From Camelus dromedarius (taxonomy: Eukaryota), in contig NC_087436.1 in the NCBI RefSeq assembly GCF_036321535.1, forward strand, positions 115,880,001 through 115,944,000: a DNA stretch of 64,000 nucleotides. Direction: 5' to 3'. Positions 1 to 13,084 of the stretch are shown piece after piece. Positions within the stretch are counted from its first letter, which is position 1, and each line of letters opens with the position of its first letter. Below the pieces are notes generated by a model that was not told the origin of the DNA, ran no database searches, and saw only the letters and a program-made list of their open reading frames with translations. A program made the translations under genes and the position numbers.

Positions 1-128
1 AAAAAAGAATATGAAAACAAATATATGTATGTTCATGTATGACTGAAGTATTGTGCTGTACCCCAGAAATCAACACAATATTATAAACTGACTATACTTC
101 AATAAAAATATATTAAACATTAAAAAAA
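1..128 (+). mobile_element. L1 3' UTR end with A-rich tail (cetartiodactyl/camelid type), cut by window start
   Basis: ...actgactatacttcaataaaaa followed by an A-tail; homologous to the L1 3' ends near 1400, 11700, 23450 and 52640. Confidence 0.9.
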
Positions 129-424
129 TGTGAAGAGCAGAGATGACACTTAGGGACTTTGGGGAAATAAATAACAGCAATATTATCCAGCTAAGTGTTA
201 TTAGGCAGCCACATAGGGCACTAGAAATAAAATGAGTTAAGTTGTTGGCACAGGACAGTATGACTAAGGTTACCGGAGGATATGGCAAGGAGGGGCTCTG
301 CATTTCTGGAAGTATATTTAGTGTGAAAAGGAAAACCGACAAAAGAAAGGTCACGAATGGGTTACCTTGCATTGTGGTGAAAATCTCACTGTGCTGCAGA
401 ACAGCAGCACCAATAATCCTGAGA

Positions 425-562
425 AACTCGCGGTGTGGAGTCAGGGAGGCGGGGTGGAGTCCCCGCTCTGCTCCTCATGAGCTGAATTATATTAAGAAAG
501 TCAATTGACTAGTGCCAGTCTCAGTGATTTTTGGTTAAGTGAGAATAATAGTAATAATAGTC
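425..562 (+). mobile_element. Degenerate MIR SINE fragment
   Basis: tggagtcag...ccccgctctgct...gtctcagtg...gagaataatagtaat follows the MIR core order. Confidence 0.5.
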
Positions 563-567
563 ATTTT

Positions 568-1356
568 TAAAAATGCTCAGTATCACTAATTTCCAGAAAA
601 ATGCAAATCTAAACTACAGTGAGGTATCACCTCACACCATCATTGGCCATCATTCAAAAGTCCACAAATGACAAATGCTGGAGAGGGTGTGGAGAAAAGG
701 AAACTCTCCTACGCTGCTGGTGGGAATGCAGTTTGGTGCAGCCATTATGGAAAACAGTACGGAGAATCCTTAAAAAACTGAAAATAGACTTACCCTGTGA
801 TTCAGCAATCCCATTCCTGGGCATATATCCAGGGGGAACTCTAATTCAAAAAGATACATGCAACCTAATGTTCACAGCAGCACTATTTACAATACCCAAG
901 ACATGAAAGCAACCTATATGTCCATCAACAGATGATTGGATAAAGAAGTTGTGTCATATATATATACCATGGAATACTACTCAAGCATAAAAAAGAATTA
1001 AATAATACCATTTCAGCAACATGGATGGACCTGAAGATTGTCATTCTAAGTGAAGTAAGCCAGAAAGAGAAAGAAAAATATCATATGATAACATGCATAC
1101 ATGGAATCTAAAAAAAGGACACTAATAAATGTATTTACAAAACAGAGACAGACTCACAGACATGGAAAACAAATTTATGGTTACCAGGGAAGGATGGCGG
1201 TAGGGAGGGACAAATTGGAGTTCAGGATCTGAAGATAGACACATATATATGTTTACCTATTTTATATATAGTAGTTAGTACTGTATAGCACAGGGAGCTA
1301 CATTCAATATCTTGTAGTAACCTATAAAGAAAAGGAATATGTATATATGTATATAC

Positions 1357-1396
<40 letters not shown>

Positions 1397-1475
1397 GAAT
1401 CACTATGCTGTACACTGGAAATTAATACAACACTGTAAATAGACTATACTTCAATTAAATTATAAATAAATAAAA
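568..1475 (+). mobile_element. 5'-truncated L1: ORF2 C-terminus, 3' UTR and tail, with an internal (TA)n at about 1340-1393
   Basis: ORF 619-906 (RYHLTP...[29 protein letters not shown]) is the L1 ORF2 Cys-rich C-terminus; typical 3' UTR follows. Confidence 0.95.
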
Positions 1476-2289
1476 TACATATACATGTATATGTTTTAGG
1501 ATCAAATGTATAAAAATTGCTTTTATCTAAAAATGTTGATAACCAATTAAATGTTGACACCAACAAACACAGGAATTACAAGAGTGATAAATTATATCAT
1601 ATGGTTGATTTTACTTTTTATGTTAATGTTTCAGATGTAAAAATTCTGTAAGGAAGCTCAGCATTTAAATATATGCTCAACCCATCGAAGAAATCAGATT
1701 CTTGATAAGTGGACCAGACCAGATCTGAGCAATCAAATACTCCAGGCATCATCTTGGACCTGGAAAACCACACTGGAGCTATTGCTTTCATCAGAACGAT
1801 ATCTTAATTTTATGTCCATTATTGCAATCTTTTCTTTAAGGAGCCTGAGAATCCTTTTTTATTGAAAATTAGGTTAATATAGCTAACGTGTTTTCTTCCG
1901 CCATCCTCCTCCTGTGTGCTGTTTAAATTGCCTCCAGCTCAGGACATCATCAAACGACAGAGGAGGCTTCCTGCATACACTACTGTGTCCAGTGCTGCTG
2001 TTTAATGGTTTTATATGTTATCCATGTTGTTTTGAGTTAAATGGCCCCCTTTCACCTTGGATGCCTGTCCTGAAACAAGTCACGTGTATAAACAGGAAGA
2101 ATAGAAATGTGTCTTAATCTAATTACGTTGTTGTTTTTATTGCTTTTTCTCTTCCTCGAATTTAAAGATACTCAATGAGTAAAGAATAAACATTTTTGAG
2201 GTTCTGTCCCTTGAAGAGGAAGGAGATACTGGATTTTCCCCTTAGAAATGAGGTCAGAGTTTTCAAAATAACGTTCAGTAGAAGCAATC

Positions 2290-2495
2290 AGCAGGCTGTG
2301 AAGAGCGAAGGTTTGAACGACGCAAAAGCTAGCCTCGTATCTTGGCTCCAACTTGTGTAAGATGCATTGTTCTGTGCACATGACTTGAACTCTGTAACTG
2401 CAGCAGCATTATTAGTAATATCTACTTCATTGGTGTGTAAGATTTGAACATGTTCCATAAACCATCAAGCACTGTGCAAACATTAGTTATTATTA
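2290..2495 (+). mobile_element. Degenerate MIR
   Basis: Ends aagcactgtgcaaacattagttattatt, like a MIR 3' end. Confidence 0.45.
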
Positions 2496-3699
2496 TGATG
2501 ACTTTTTTTTATTACTTCTGTAGGGAAAAGAGTGTTGGAAGTTATAACTGAGAATTCTAGTTACTTTACAATTCCATAAGCAATATCACAAAAAACCCTT
2601 AAACACTAAGATTAAGGATGCTAATATCATACATATTCAAGAGAGTTTAGATATATGTTTATATGTATGTACATATATATTTTATATATGTGTGTATATT
2701 TGTATTTAATGCAGAACAAATACTGCAGTCACTAAAATTAGCTACAGCTGTGAACCACGGCCATTAGTGCCACAAAGGTACACATCAACCCAGCACGTGA
2801 AAGAACTGTATTTAATAAAATCTTCCTACCTTTTATGTTACCACACATACACACACAAAAGAAAGGCAATGGAGATGCTAGTGAGTTCACACGAGGAGGA
2901 AGTTTCCCCCGACACCTGGGGGTGGGCTGAGCAGCAGGGAGTCCGGGCACTTCTTAGGTCTGCAGCCTGAGACCTGACCTACTCTCAGAGGGCCGCCTTA
3001 ATTCAGGAGAAATATAAGTGTAATAGACCAGAATCCGCATCCACATTTGACTCTGTTGTGGGTGTATTTTTAGATCAACCTATTTTCCCTTCTTCTTGCC
3101 TGATGCAGATAACAAAGTTTGCTTCTGGAATCCCCCAAGGCCTCAGGGAGCTTGGCTCTGGGCCCCCATGGGGAGCGTGGCACTAGCTGTGCTGGGCAGT
3201 GACAGCTGCCTGGTGGAGGATGAGGTCCCACACTCCCCAGGACTCCATGGGCATGGCAAGCGGGACAGCACGTTGCTGCGTGGAGTGTTCTGTGTACTAC
3301 AGGTGGTTTCCCGTCCCCCTTCCACTGTCCAATTCCAGTAAGACCTCACAATGAATTGAAAAAAAAGTCTTCACATATTTCCAAATGCTTCTTAGGTGGG
3401 GAACAACCACTCATGTTGAGAACCTCTGGGCTTATCGCCAGTTGTTGCTGAAGTTGGATGCTTAAAGAGCAGTCTGAGACCCCCTTTCTCTTCTCTGAAC
3501 TGACCAAACCCTTCGACCTAGAAGACAAAGTTTCAGTGATCAAAATATGAAGGGCTATGTGGTGGACATCTAACGCTTTCTTAGTTGCCCACAGCCTAAA
3601 TCCTTTCCTCCTGCTTGCATAACCCCTGCTTGTCATTACAGGTTAATAGAGACCCAGATTTAACTTTCCAAGCTCCCAGGGAAGTGAAGGGTAAAGTCT

Positions 3700-4043
3700 G
3701 CAAATTCACTCATCAGCCCAGAAATGTGGACCTGGGATTAGTGATGGGAGTGAAGGATTGTACTTTCCGATGGGCAGTAGGCTGAGCGGGAACGTCTAAT
3801 TACCTGAGGTGGTCCACGTGCAGTGGGGGTCTTGTGCGCAATGCAGGCAGCAGGGGGTACCACACTCAGGCTCTCCTCGGACCAGTTCTGTCGCTCTGTT
3901 TGCCCTGTGGTCTGGCTAACAAGCCTCTCCTCATTTCTGTCACTTTCTGAGTGTGGTTCTCCAGCCTTCCTGGATATGTGCCGATCACTCCGTATCTTTT
4001 CAGTAAACAACTTTTTCTGCTGAAGTTGGCTGTAGTTGGTGAG
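3700..4043 (+). mobile_element. Old ERVL-class LTR 3' portion, interrupted at its end by MLT1A
   Basis: cagtaaacaactttttctgctgaagttggctgtagttggt resembles the ERVL LTR poly(A)/U5 end; it appears to resume at about 4418-4450. Confidence 0.5.
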
Positions 4044-4417
4044 TGCTATAGACTATGTGTTTGTGTGCTCCCTCAAATCCAAGCTTTGAAACCCTAGCCC
4101 CCAGTGGGGTGGTATTAAGAGGTGTGACATTTGGGAGCCAGTTAGGTCATGAGGGTGGACTCCTCATGGATGAGACCAGCGCCCTTATAAGAAGAGATGC
4201 CAGAGAACTTGCTTCCCCTCTCTCTGCTCTTGGCCATGTGAGGGTGCAATTAGAAGGCTGCCAACATACAGAACAGAAGGAGGCCCCTTCCTGGACATAG
4301 GACCTGCCCACGCCTTGGTCTTGGACTTTCTAGCCTCCAGGATAATAAGGAATAAATGTTTGTGTTTAAACCACCCCAGCTATGGTTCTGTTAAAGCAAC
4401 CTGAACTGACTAAAACA
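4044..4417 (+). mobile_element. MaLR solo LTR, MLT1A-like
   Basis: Starts tgctatagact; contains gcccttataagaagag and aataaa; ends gactaaaaca (TG...CA). Confidence 0.9.
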
Positions 4418-4559
4418 GTTTGCATATTTCAGCCTAAACCCCTGAGGGATGCGGATGGCCAACTCTTTGTAAGTGACCGAAGGGGATTCAGCACAATATT
4501 GTGTACATGACGGACCACCTATGCTGGGGGCTGGCCGATTTGTTCTACAGTTCATATTT

Positions 4560-4740
4560 CTAATCATTCTGAAAGCATTGTCTGCGTACCAATATTTGCC
4601 AGGTACCAGGCTAGGTTTTGGGGTTACAAAAATTGTCTAGACCTAACTCATGTCAAGTTGCACATTGTTTCTTAAAATGAGTGAGGAAAATAAGCAAATG
4701 CCTACATTCACATGCTAGTGCTAAGACAGGGGTATGGGCC
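4560..4740 (-). mobile_element. L2 3' fragment
   Basis: tttgccaggtaccaggctaggttttgggg matches the antisense L2 3' pattern. Confidence 0.5.
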
Positions 4741-4741
4741 A

Positions 4742-5460
4742 GAATTTTTACATATTGTGAATTCTAGTCTTTTGTTGGCCATATATATAAAATGTTCTTC
4801 CAGTTAATGGCTCTTCTTTTCCCATTTCTATGGTGTCTTTGATATAGAACTCATTATATTATAATTTGTGCTTCTGTGTTATGTACGAAAAATATCCTTC
4901 TGAAATCTGAAGGACTTACCTATATATATATTTTTTTCTCAAGGTTTTATGTTTTCTATTAGTTTTTTAAGAAAATTAATTTAGCAAATTTCACCAGCGT
5001 TTTTCTTGAATCTATGGAAGTGATTTTATGATGTATCTCCTTTAGTGAATTAATAAGGTGAATTACATTAAAGATTTTCTAATGTTATGCCATGCCAGCA
5101 TTCCCAGAATATACCCAAAGCAGTCTTGATTTTGATCATATATCACTGGAATCAATTTGATAATATTTTGTTTAAAATGTTTACATCTATGTCTGTAAGT
5201 GAGATTGCTGTATCATTTTTATTTATTATCTGTCTTTGTGTGGTTTGATACCAAGATTTTATCTCAGCCTCATAAAATAAAGTCAGGTGGATAATCTGTT
5301 TGCCAGTCCTCTGGAGTGTTTTGTGTAAGTTTAGAATTAATTCTTCCAAATCCTGACTGTTTGCTGAGACTTGCCTGTAATATCTCCTGAGCAAAGTGCC
5401 ATTTTTTGTGGATAGATTTAGCTGTTTTTTTCCCTTGAGCATCACTGTATCCTTGACGTA
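4742..5460 (-). mobile_element. Old L1M ORF2 fragments
   Basis: ORF 5152-5445(-) contains LTLFYEAEI and ISLTDIDVNILNKILSN, the pre-RT region of L1 ORF2. Confidence 0.85.
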
Positions 5461-5799
5461 GTCGTCAAGTATTTTGAATTAAAAAAGCACATTAATTATA
5501 CCATTCATTATTCTCTGCTCCCACACATACACTCTCCTTATTCCTCATTCTAATTCTTCTCTTGACATTCCTTCCTCTTTGTGTCCTTTTTAGGCATATC
5601 AGTTTTATATAACTCTCTGAACTGATTCTGTCCCAATTTGCTTTCCTAAAGAAGTTTCAAGGACCCTAGGGAATGAAGCTTATCAGGGTTCAGGAAATGA
5701 CCCCTCAGTATTCTCAGGGTACAGAATACTTCCGTCTTACAAAAACACCCACTATTCAATTTCTGAGTCCCTTGGGGGAATGGAGGTTCTCTCTGGCAA

Positions 5800-6560
5800 A
5801 ATCATTTGCCAAGCACTTAAAGAACACTCACCGTGTGCCAGGCTGAGAGCCAGGAGCCAGGGGCAGTAAAGCAAGGTCCACACCCTCTGTCCTCCCCCAC
5901 GAGGTTTCAGAGTCTTTTTAAAAGATGGCCATTTTAGAAGAAGACAATTAGAGCAATGAAATCACGTGGAGATAAGGACCAAAGGACCAGAGAAGGCAAG
6001 ATCTCAAAGCCCAGGGATGAGGGGGTGACACTGAGGTCAACTTGTTCCTCCAAGATCTTGGATGAACAACTGTTTCCTTAGAAGCATCCTATTTTTAGAT
6101 CTGGAAGTCTCAAAACCTAGGAGATTCCTTAGTCCGTGGCACACCAGCTCAACTGGTCGCTGATCTAGACCTCAGGGACCTAATACTATACCTGGACAGA
6201 GTGAGAATCAAAAGTGTGTCTTTAATTAGTTGACATACGAGCTGAATAACCACAAAACAATGATTTTCACCAGGTATAGGGATAGAGTTAGCAGGGCAGT
6301 CAGAAGAATAATGCATGCAGGGGCAGGAGAGAGCCCAGCTGTGGTTTGGAATTACAATGCGTTCCGTGTGATGGAAGGCGCAGTGTGGACAGGCAACGGA
6401 TGGGGCATAAGACTGCTGGCGTAGGCAAGAGCCTGACAGTAAAAGTCATATCGAGGACAGTGGGCTTTATGTTATCCCCAGTCAGGATGAGATAATTAAT
6501 AGGGGGACATTAAGAGAGGTGGCTCTGAACTCACTAGGGCAGGATGGAGAGTAGCTGAAT
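5800..6560 (-). mobile_element. Discontinuous L2 fragments
   Basis: aacactcaccgtgtgccaggc and the purine-rich antisense L2 pattern at 6230-6560. Confidence 0.5.
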
Positions 6561-7584
6561 TGCTTCACACCCTTGTATTTGCAGGCTTGTTACGACTCTT
6601 TGGCAGAAGTGTCTGCATCTCTATTATCGAGACCCAGTGTCCTGCAAAAAAGAAGGCCTCCAACTCCTGCATTCGCATCAGAGCGGGCTACGCATTCACT
6701 GTGTGACCGCAGGCACGCAGCTACAATTCTCCCCGGTATCTTCCTCTCTAGGAGAGAAACAGCGGTACTCACTCTTCATTTTTTGTCGGGAGCCTGGGAG
6801 AAAATGCCGGTGGACAGGCTCTAGAAAATGTCAGCCAACCAGCAGATCGAGGTTTGGAATTTTTAGCTGGAATGATTGGATGGCTCAGGGTGTAAGAGAA
6901 AACTGACTGGGAAAGAAAAAAAAAAAAAAAGGACCTGAACTCATTAGTGATTGAAGTTACCCCGAAATTGTGCAATTTCAGCAAGGCTGCAGAAGAGCAG
7001 GCCTCAAACTTCAGATAACTCAGCAAGAGCATAGCTCAGCACAGCCCAAGTTAAGTGCATGTGATTTGCACATGAAATGGGTCAGTCTGTGATCCTGATG
7101 CAAAGGCGAGCTATATTTAACCTAACGTAGAAGTGAAGCTAACTTACCAAAGGGTTAACTACCGTCAGGCTGCTGCAGCATTTTTAATGAAATGGTGCCT
7201 ATTGGTACCTTTCTCAGTTAATTCCAACAAGGGACCACACATTTCCTTCTGTAGGCCTTACCCTCCCTGGCTGCTGGCACTGTGAATCTCCACTGTTTCT
7301 GTTTTCACTGAGACACCAGCTCCCTGGCCCATGGCGGTTGCAGGTGGCATTCTCACCTGCAAATCTCCAAACTTTGCCATCACCTACATCCTTCCCGTTT
7401 CCATGAGATCCGTCCCAGCACTGTGAGTGGGGCTGTGATCACAGCTTCTTTGTAGAGAAACTCTGAGTCACTTTGGTTTATCTAATTCATCATTTTATTT
7501 GGACGAGGTTAGAAACGACACAACGCTTATACATAAAGCTCACTCAGAATAGCATGAACTCGAAGCCCACAGATTTCATACGCG

Positions 7585-7790
7585 TTTAGGAGCCGTGTGT
7601 CTTGGTTTCCAATCTCAGGACTGCTGCTAACTGCTGGTGTGATCCTGGGTGAGTCCTTTGAGCACTCTGAGCCTGAGACCCAGTTTTCCACCTGTGAAGT
7701 GGAAGAGAGTAATTGTATGTGTCTCAAGCAGTCGTTGAGCTGCAAATAAAAAGTTAGTGGTAAGTGTGCTTTTGTAAACTGCGATTGCTA
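7585..7790 (+). mobile_element. MIR
   Basis: gtgtgatcctgggtgagtc...ctctgagcct...cagttttccacctgtgaagtgg core. Confidence 0.65.
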
Positions 7791-7911
7791 CCAGGGACAC
7801 AAGGCTTAATAAAAGGGGATAATTAAAGTTCCAGATTTTGAGTCAAAAGTCAAAGTTTGATTTTCCACCTAGAGGTTGAATGATAATGGCTGAGACAGCA
7901 TCAGCGTCTTG

Positions 7912-8197
7912 GAATAGTTAGGACTTCGTCCCTGGAACCAGAATGACTGGGCTCAAATCCTAGGGTGGCAATTTATCAGCCATGTGTGTGGCCTTAGGCA
8001 GGCATTCAAATATTCTATACTTCAATTGCCTCATCTGTTTAATGCTGATGATATTAATTGATTATAAGATTGACAAAATTATTAATAAGTATTAATAGAG
8101 TTTACTCTTGTAGTTGACTTGAAGATTAACTGAGTTAAAAATCTGTAAGATACTTTGATCAGCCCGGCACACTGAAATCCCTCAATCCATGTTGGTC
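7912..8197 (+). mobile_element. Near full-length MIR
   Basis: ctgggctcaaatcc (B box), cctcatctgtttaatg core, ends cccggcacactgaaatccctcaatccatgttgg. Confidence 0.8.
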
Positions 8198-8271
8198 TTT
8201 ATATTTATTTCAGTTACATTTTCTGAAATGAAAAGTATTAGGGCATCTTTGTCTACAACATAAAATAGTGA

Positions 8272-8636
8272 GAGGGGTCTGAGGTGGTGGCGTAGGAAGA
8301 CCCTGAACCCCCCTCCTCCCACTGACACACGGAATCTCCACCTCCATACAGAGAAGCCTTTCCTGAAGTAGACCTGAGGTCTGATTGAATAGCTTCCACA
8401 CAAAAGGGAGGGAGGGAGGGAGGGAGGGACCACATAGGACCAAATAGGAAAGACAGAGACATGGTATCTTTGGAAACCCCACACCAATTCAGAGAACTGC
8501 AATAAGGAGGGATACCACTGAGGGGCCTGAGCTCAGACTCCCCTGCCCTGGGACATAGAGAAAAAAAAAATAGTAGTTTAAATGGAACCTGGACTATATG
8601 GGAAGAAAATCTAACTACTAAGCTTAAAGAATCAGG
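8272..8636 (+). mobile_element. Isolated L1 5' UTR (Laurasiatherian type) with no ORF1 or ORF2
   Basis: gaggggtctgaggtggtggcgtaggaagaccctgaac...cacacggaatct matches my recollection of an L1 5' terminus; candidate 12-bp TSD ataaaatagtga (8260-8271) / ataaaataataa (8637-8648). Confidence 0.7.
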
Positions 8637-8771
8637 ATAAAATAATAAATTTTAAAATACTTTGTCAACTTCAAAGATAATTCAAATATTACCAGTACGT
8701 GTGAATAGATATACATAAAGGGCACTTTTGCTCTGGAAGGTGGAATTTCTGATTCGGGGGTCTCTGTCTCT

Positions 8772-8842
8772 CACACACACATATGCGCGCGCACGCGCAA
8801 ACACTATACTCAGATACAGACGCACACACCTGCACACATACG
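8772..8842. repeat. Imperfect (CA)n/(CG)n microsatellite
   Basis: cacacacacatatgcgcgcgcacgcgc...cacacac. Confidence 0.7.
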
Positions 8843-9407
8843 TATCCAAGTGCACTAGAGTTCTAATTGTTACGAGTGCAGAATTTGCTTCCTTCTGTCA
8901 ATATTAAACTTGTTAAGTATAAAAACCAGAGTCTTTTAGAAAACTAACATCATAGTTTGTTTCCATGAAGTCCCCTATCCCACAAAGATCACTAATTTTT
9001 AAGTCGTGAGCTATTAATTTTGGAAAAGACAAGTCTTTTCCCCCTTTTGGGTACTCAGTTCCTCAACTGCTAGAGGAACTTGGGCTATAATACATAAGAG
9101 TTATTCTATGAATATTTGTTTACTGAAAGAATGAAGGAATAATGAAAAGATCAAAATACAAGAAACTATCACCATCAAGATGTGCTGTTTATGACAAAGA
9201 CACTTTTGAGTGTGCCCTTTTAGAACTAACTTTTGTTATGTGAATATTTACACACAGTCTGGCCACACTTACCTTTCTTTTGTAGATCACTGAGTCATTT
9301 ATGAAACTCAATACTTAGGACTGAATGTGTGTAAAAAGCAACACTAGAAGGTTTGTCCATGAGAATCTAAGTCTGCTCTTCTGGGTATCCCATGGCTCTC
9401 AATCAGG

Positions 9408-9590
9408 CGTTCATGCATCGCTCATCCAGCCTCACATCCATCCAACAACCCCTTGCTGAGTACTTCCCCTGTACCAAACACTGTGCTGATGGACAAGGAC
9501 AGAACAATGGAAGTGATGAGTCTTTGATTTTAAGGAGGACGCGGTCAGGTGGGAGACTAGGGAGACACAAAACAAGTAAGCAAGTGTGGC
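9408..9590 (-). mobile_element. L2 3' end
   Basis: catccatccaacaacccc ttgctgagtacttcccctgtaccaaacactgtgctg. Confidence 0.75.
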
Positions 9591-9799
9591 AAAGGCTTTC
9601 TGGAGGATAGGGTGTCTGAGTAGCCATGAAGAATGACCATGACTGCAGCAGGGTCTGAGGCCAGGTTGGCCCCTGGTATCTCTTCCTCTGGTACCCAGAC
9701 TGTAGGAGCATTTCCTACCGGGACTGTGGGCAGAAATGCGAGAGAAACCGAGCTGTAAAGTGTGATGACACTTGACGTACTTACTCTGACAGAAAATAT

Positions 9800-9971
9800 C
9801 CTCTGCTTAGTCCTACTGATGTCATGGGATGTCACATGGCCAAACCCACATCAAAGAGGCATGAGTTTATACTCTTCCCATAGGGCAAGCCACATGACAG
9901 GCAAGGGGGGCCACGTGATCCCACTGCAGGAAGAGAGTGAAGGATTGAGAACAAAAATCTAATCTGCTGTA
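9800..9971 (-). mobile_element. MaLR LTR 5' part (MLT1F/G/H-like)
   Basis: gtcacatggccaaacccacatcaa...gagtgaaggattgagaacaaaaatctaatctgctgta is the antisense of an MLT1 LTR start. Confidence 0.65.
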
Positions 9972-10303
9972 GTAATTTTATTAAAGAGCAGACAACTTAC
10001 TAGGGCAGAGGCCCTCAGAATTAACACAGATGAAACTGTGGAATGGTGGTTACTTGAGGTGCAGTGAGGTGAACAGAGGAATCCTTGCAGTTATTGTCAG
10101 GGTCTTGCCTTGATTTGTGGCTTCATGGATGTTTATGACCCTGTTTCAAGTAAATAAATTAGTCATCTTTTAAAATTTTAAAAGAAAGAATTCCATAGAC
10201 CAATATAAATTCCATGACCAAAGATTATAAATAATGCAATTACAATTGAGGCCCATTAAAAATTTCTTAAATTTAAAATTTAAAAAATTTAAAAATTTTA
10301 GAG

Positions 10304-10588
10304 TACTCAGACACACAGATATAGAGAACAAACTAGTGGTTACAGATGGGGAGAGGGTGGGGGAAGAGGGATAACATAGGGGTTGGGGGCTAATTGGCAC
10401 AAACGATTAGGTAAGGATACATGGTACAGCACAGAGAATATAGCCAATATTTTTTAATAACTACAAGTAGAGTAGAGCCTTTAAAAATGCAAATCACTCT
10501 ATTGTACACCTGTAACTTACATAATATTGTGCAGTAACTGTATTTCAATAAAAATAAAATGAAAAAGTAAAAAAAAAAATAAATAAAA
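10304..10588 (+). mobile_element. L1 3' UTR with poly(A), Laurasiatherian type
   Basis: gagaacaaactagtggttac...tgtacacctgtaactt...tcaataaaaa followed by an A-tail. Confidence 0.9.
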
Positions 10589-11538
10589 CACAGCAGTGTA
10601 ATCCAAGTGCCTAGACTTAGAGTTAACATGGAATATTAATCTTGAGGAGAAATTTACTCTGAGTCCTCTTCAGTCTGTTTAAGTCCAGGTCTGAGAGGAA
10701 GGCCTTCAAATAGAGCAGAAGGTTCCCAGGATCTGGGACACACACACTGGAGGGTGGGGAGGTGGTGGCCAGAGGGCACTGAGACAAACAGGAATCAGTA
10801 AGACACAGGCGCCAGGGAGTAGGGCCAGGCAGTCGCCGACCTTCCAAAAGGCTAGGGCTCGCCAGGACACCCATGGGAGAGGAGAGGTCAGGTGGCCTCG
10901 TGCTGGGTACACGACCAGGATTTGAAGAGTCATGGGAAATAAAGAAGATGCTAGTAAATGCCAAAGAACAGTGAATAATGGAAGCTGTGCAGTGCCCTGG
11001 GATAAATACTAACCTAGAAACTAGAAGGCTTCCCTCCACACTGTCCCTGGCTACCCCTAGGGTTTCAAGGTAAATCATTTTCCCTGGATAAGCTTCAGTT
11101 TCCTTCTAGGATATCTGCCTCTTTTACAGCGGCTTTTGTGAGGCTCACGTGAGAAAATACATAATAGCGTGCTTTGGAAATTACAGAAGGTCTAGTAATA
11201 GTGAGAAATTACTGGTCTTTTTTGCTCATTAAAGTAACCATGAGAAATGCCTGATGCTTCTAGGTGCCCATTTGTCTGTCTGCCCCTCTCGTGGAGTCTA
11301 AATTGTCGCAGGGCCGAGATACTGACACGTTCCCTGACAGACCTTTCGCATCTAGCTGGCCCGTTGTTTTCTGCTAAGCACTGAATCAATTAATGGAATA
11401 ATCACAAACAACTCTGATGCCGGCCTCCTTATAATCCATCTGCACAGTGACAATGGTTTCCCACCTAGACAATGGTTGCCCACCCTCCACATAAATGACG
11501 CTCTAGCCTTTATGAGACAGAAAGCTAACCCTACAGTC

Positions 11539-11755
11539 TTGCAGATACTGACAGGCATATGCAGAAGAGATAAACAAGATTATTCTGTATAGCACAGGGA
11601 AATATATACAAGATCTTGTGGTAGCTCACAGTGAAAAAAAATGTGACAATGAATATATATATGTTCATGTATAACTGAAAAATTGTGCTCTACACTGGAA
11701 TTTGACACAATATTGTAAAATGACTATAACTCAATAAAAAATGTTAAAAAAAAAA
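11539..11755 (+). mobile_element. Young camelid-type L1 3' end with poly(A), inserted in L2
   Basis: About 90% identical to 52483-52665; ends tgactataactcaataaaaaatgttaaaa. Confidence 0.9.
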
Positions 11756-12230
11756 TCCCCCTGAGCTCCCTAACATCTAAAAGGAAAACACAAACAAACA
11801 AAAACTCTCAACCTCCTTAGCGCGGTATTCAACACTCACAGCGCACCTGTCTTGGTCCTACTTTTCCTCTCCCTCCTTCTTCTGTCTGCCACAAAGGCAT
11901 ACTGATCTACGGAGTTCTAGAACGCGCGCCATGCTCCCTTTGAGTTTTGCGGTATTTCATGCTCTTCCTCATGCCTGGAATTCTCTCTCTGCACTGTATT
12001 CCTATCAAGCAGACTCCAGTTTACTCTAACTCTGACGCTCACACATCTGCTCTCCTTGCCAGCCCGGGGCAGAGTTTCATAGCCCTGTCTCTGTAGGCAC
12101 CATCATCACACTTCATGGAATGATCTGTTTACATGTGAGTGTTCTTGCGGCAGAAAACATACTCATCTCTCATCGCCAGTCCCCACCGCAGTGTTTGGAA
12201 ACAAAGGACATGCTCAATGTGTGTACTGTG
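11756..12230 (+). mobile_element. L2 3' region (upstream part at about 11430-11538)
   Basis: catgctcttcctcatgcctggaattctct and ggacatgctcaatgtgtg follow the L2 3' pattern. Confidence 0.65.
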
Positions 12231-12909
12231 CAGAAACAGAAAAAAGATTTGCCTGTTCCAGGCGGAGCACAGGAGACGTTCATGGCGGGGATCCTGGGAA
12301 GGCATCTCCCATGGATCTCCCACCATGATTCCTACGGAGAAGAAGGGAGAAAAGAGAAGTACCAACAAGCTGAACTTCTCAAATGTGCCCAGCCCTCAAA
12401 AGCTTATTTCCTTTACAACTCTATGGAGCGCAAATGGATTTTATCAAATACTAATTTGTCACACGTGTAATACGTGGAAGCAGGCAATTGATGTGGAATT
12501 TTGGAAAACAACTCTAACATGTCAGAAGGACAAAAATTTAGTGAGAATTATTGTTTAGAGTAGTCGATGTGGCTTTGGGCTCACCCAGCCAAATCAAAAG
12601 CCTTACTTAAAGGGAAGCTACCTCATATCTGAATTTTTCCCTAACTAAATATTATTTCCAGTAAGGCCAGTACAGTCAGAGTAGCTCAATTGTGTTGAAT
12701 TTCATGCTGTTACTTCTGCTTCCTTTGATTAATACTTCAGAACATTTTGTATTATACGTGATATAAAAAAATGTGACCCTGAATATCATAAAGTATTTAT
12801 AGCGCTAGAAATAAAATTCCCGAAGACTATAAATACATCTTTCCCCAGTTTTTTTTTTTTCGTTTATGTGGTTTTTTGGGGAGGTATTTTTTTTAAGTCT
12901 GTAAGTTAC

Positions 12910-13078
12910 TGTTATGGACTGAAATGTGCCCCAGCCCCAACCCCAATTCATATGGTGGAGCCCTAATCATTACCCAGTGCAATGAGGAGGCTTTTAAGGA
13001 GGTTATTAAATGAAGTCATAGGGTAGGGCTCTCATCCAGTGGGAATGGTGTTCTTATAAGAAGAGCAGATGCCAGAGC
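12910..13078 (+). mobile_element. MaLR LTR 5' half (MLT1A/B-like)
   Basis: tgttatggactgaaatgtgcccc...ggtgttcttataagaagag; homologous to the start of 4044-4417. Confidence 0.85.
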
Positions 13079-13084
13079 TATATG

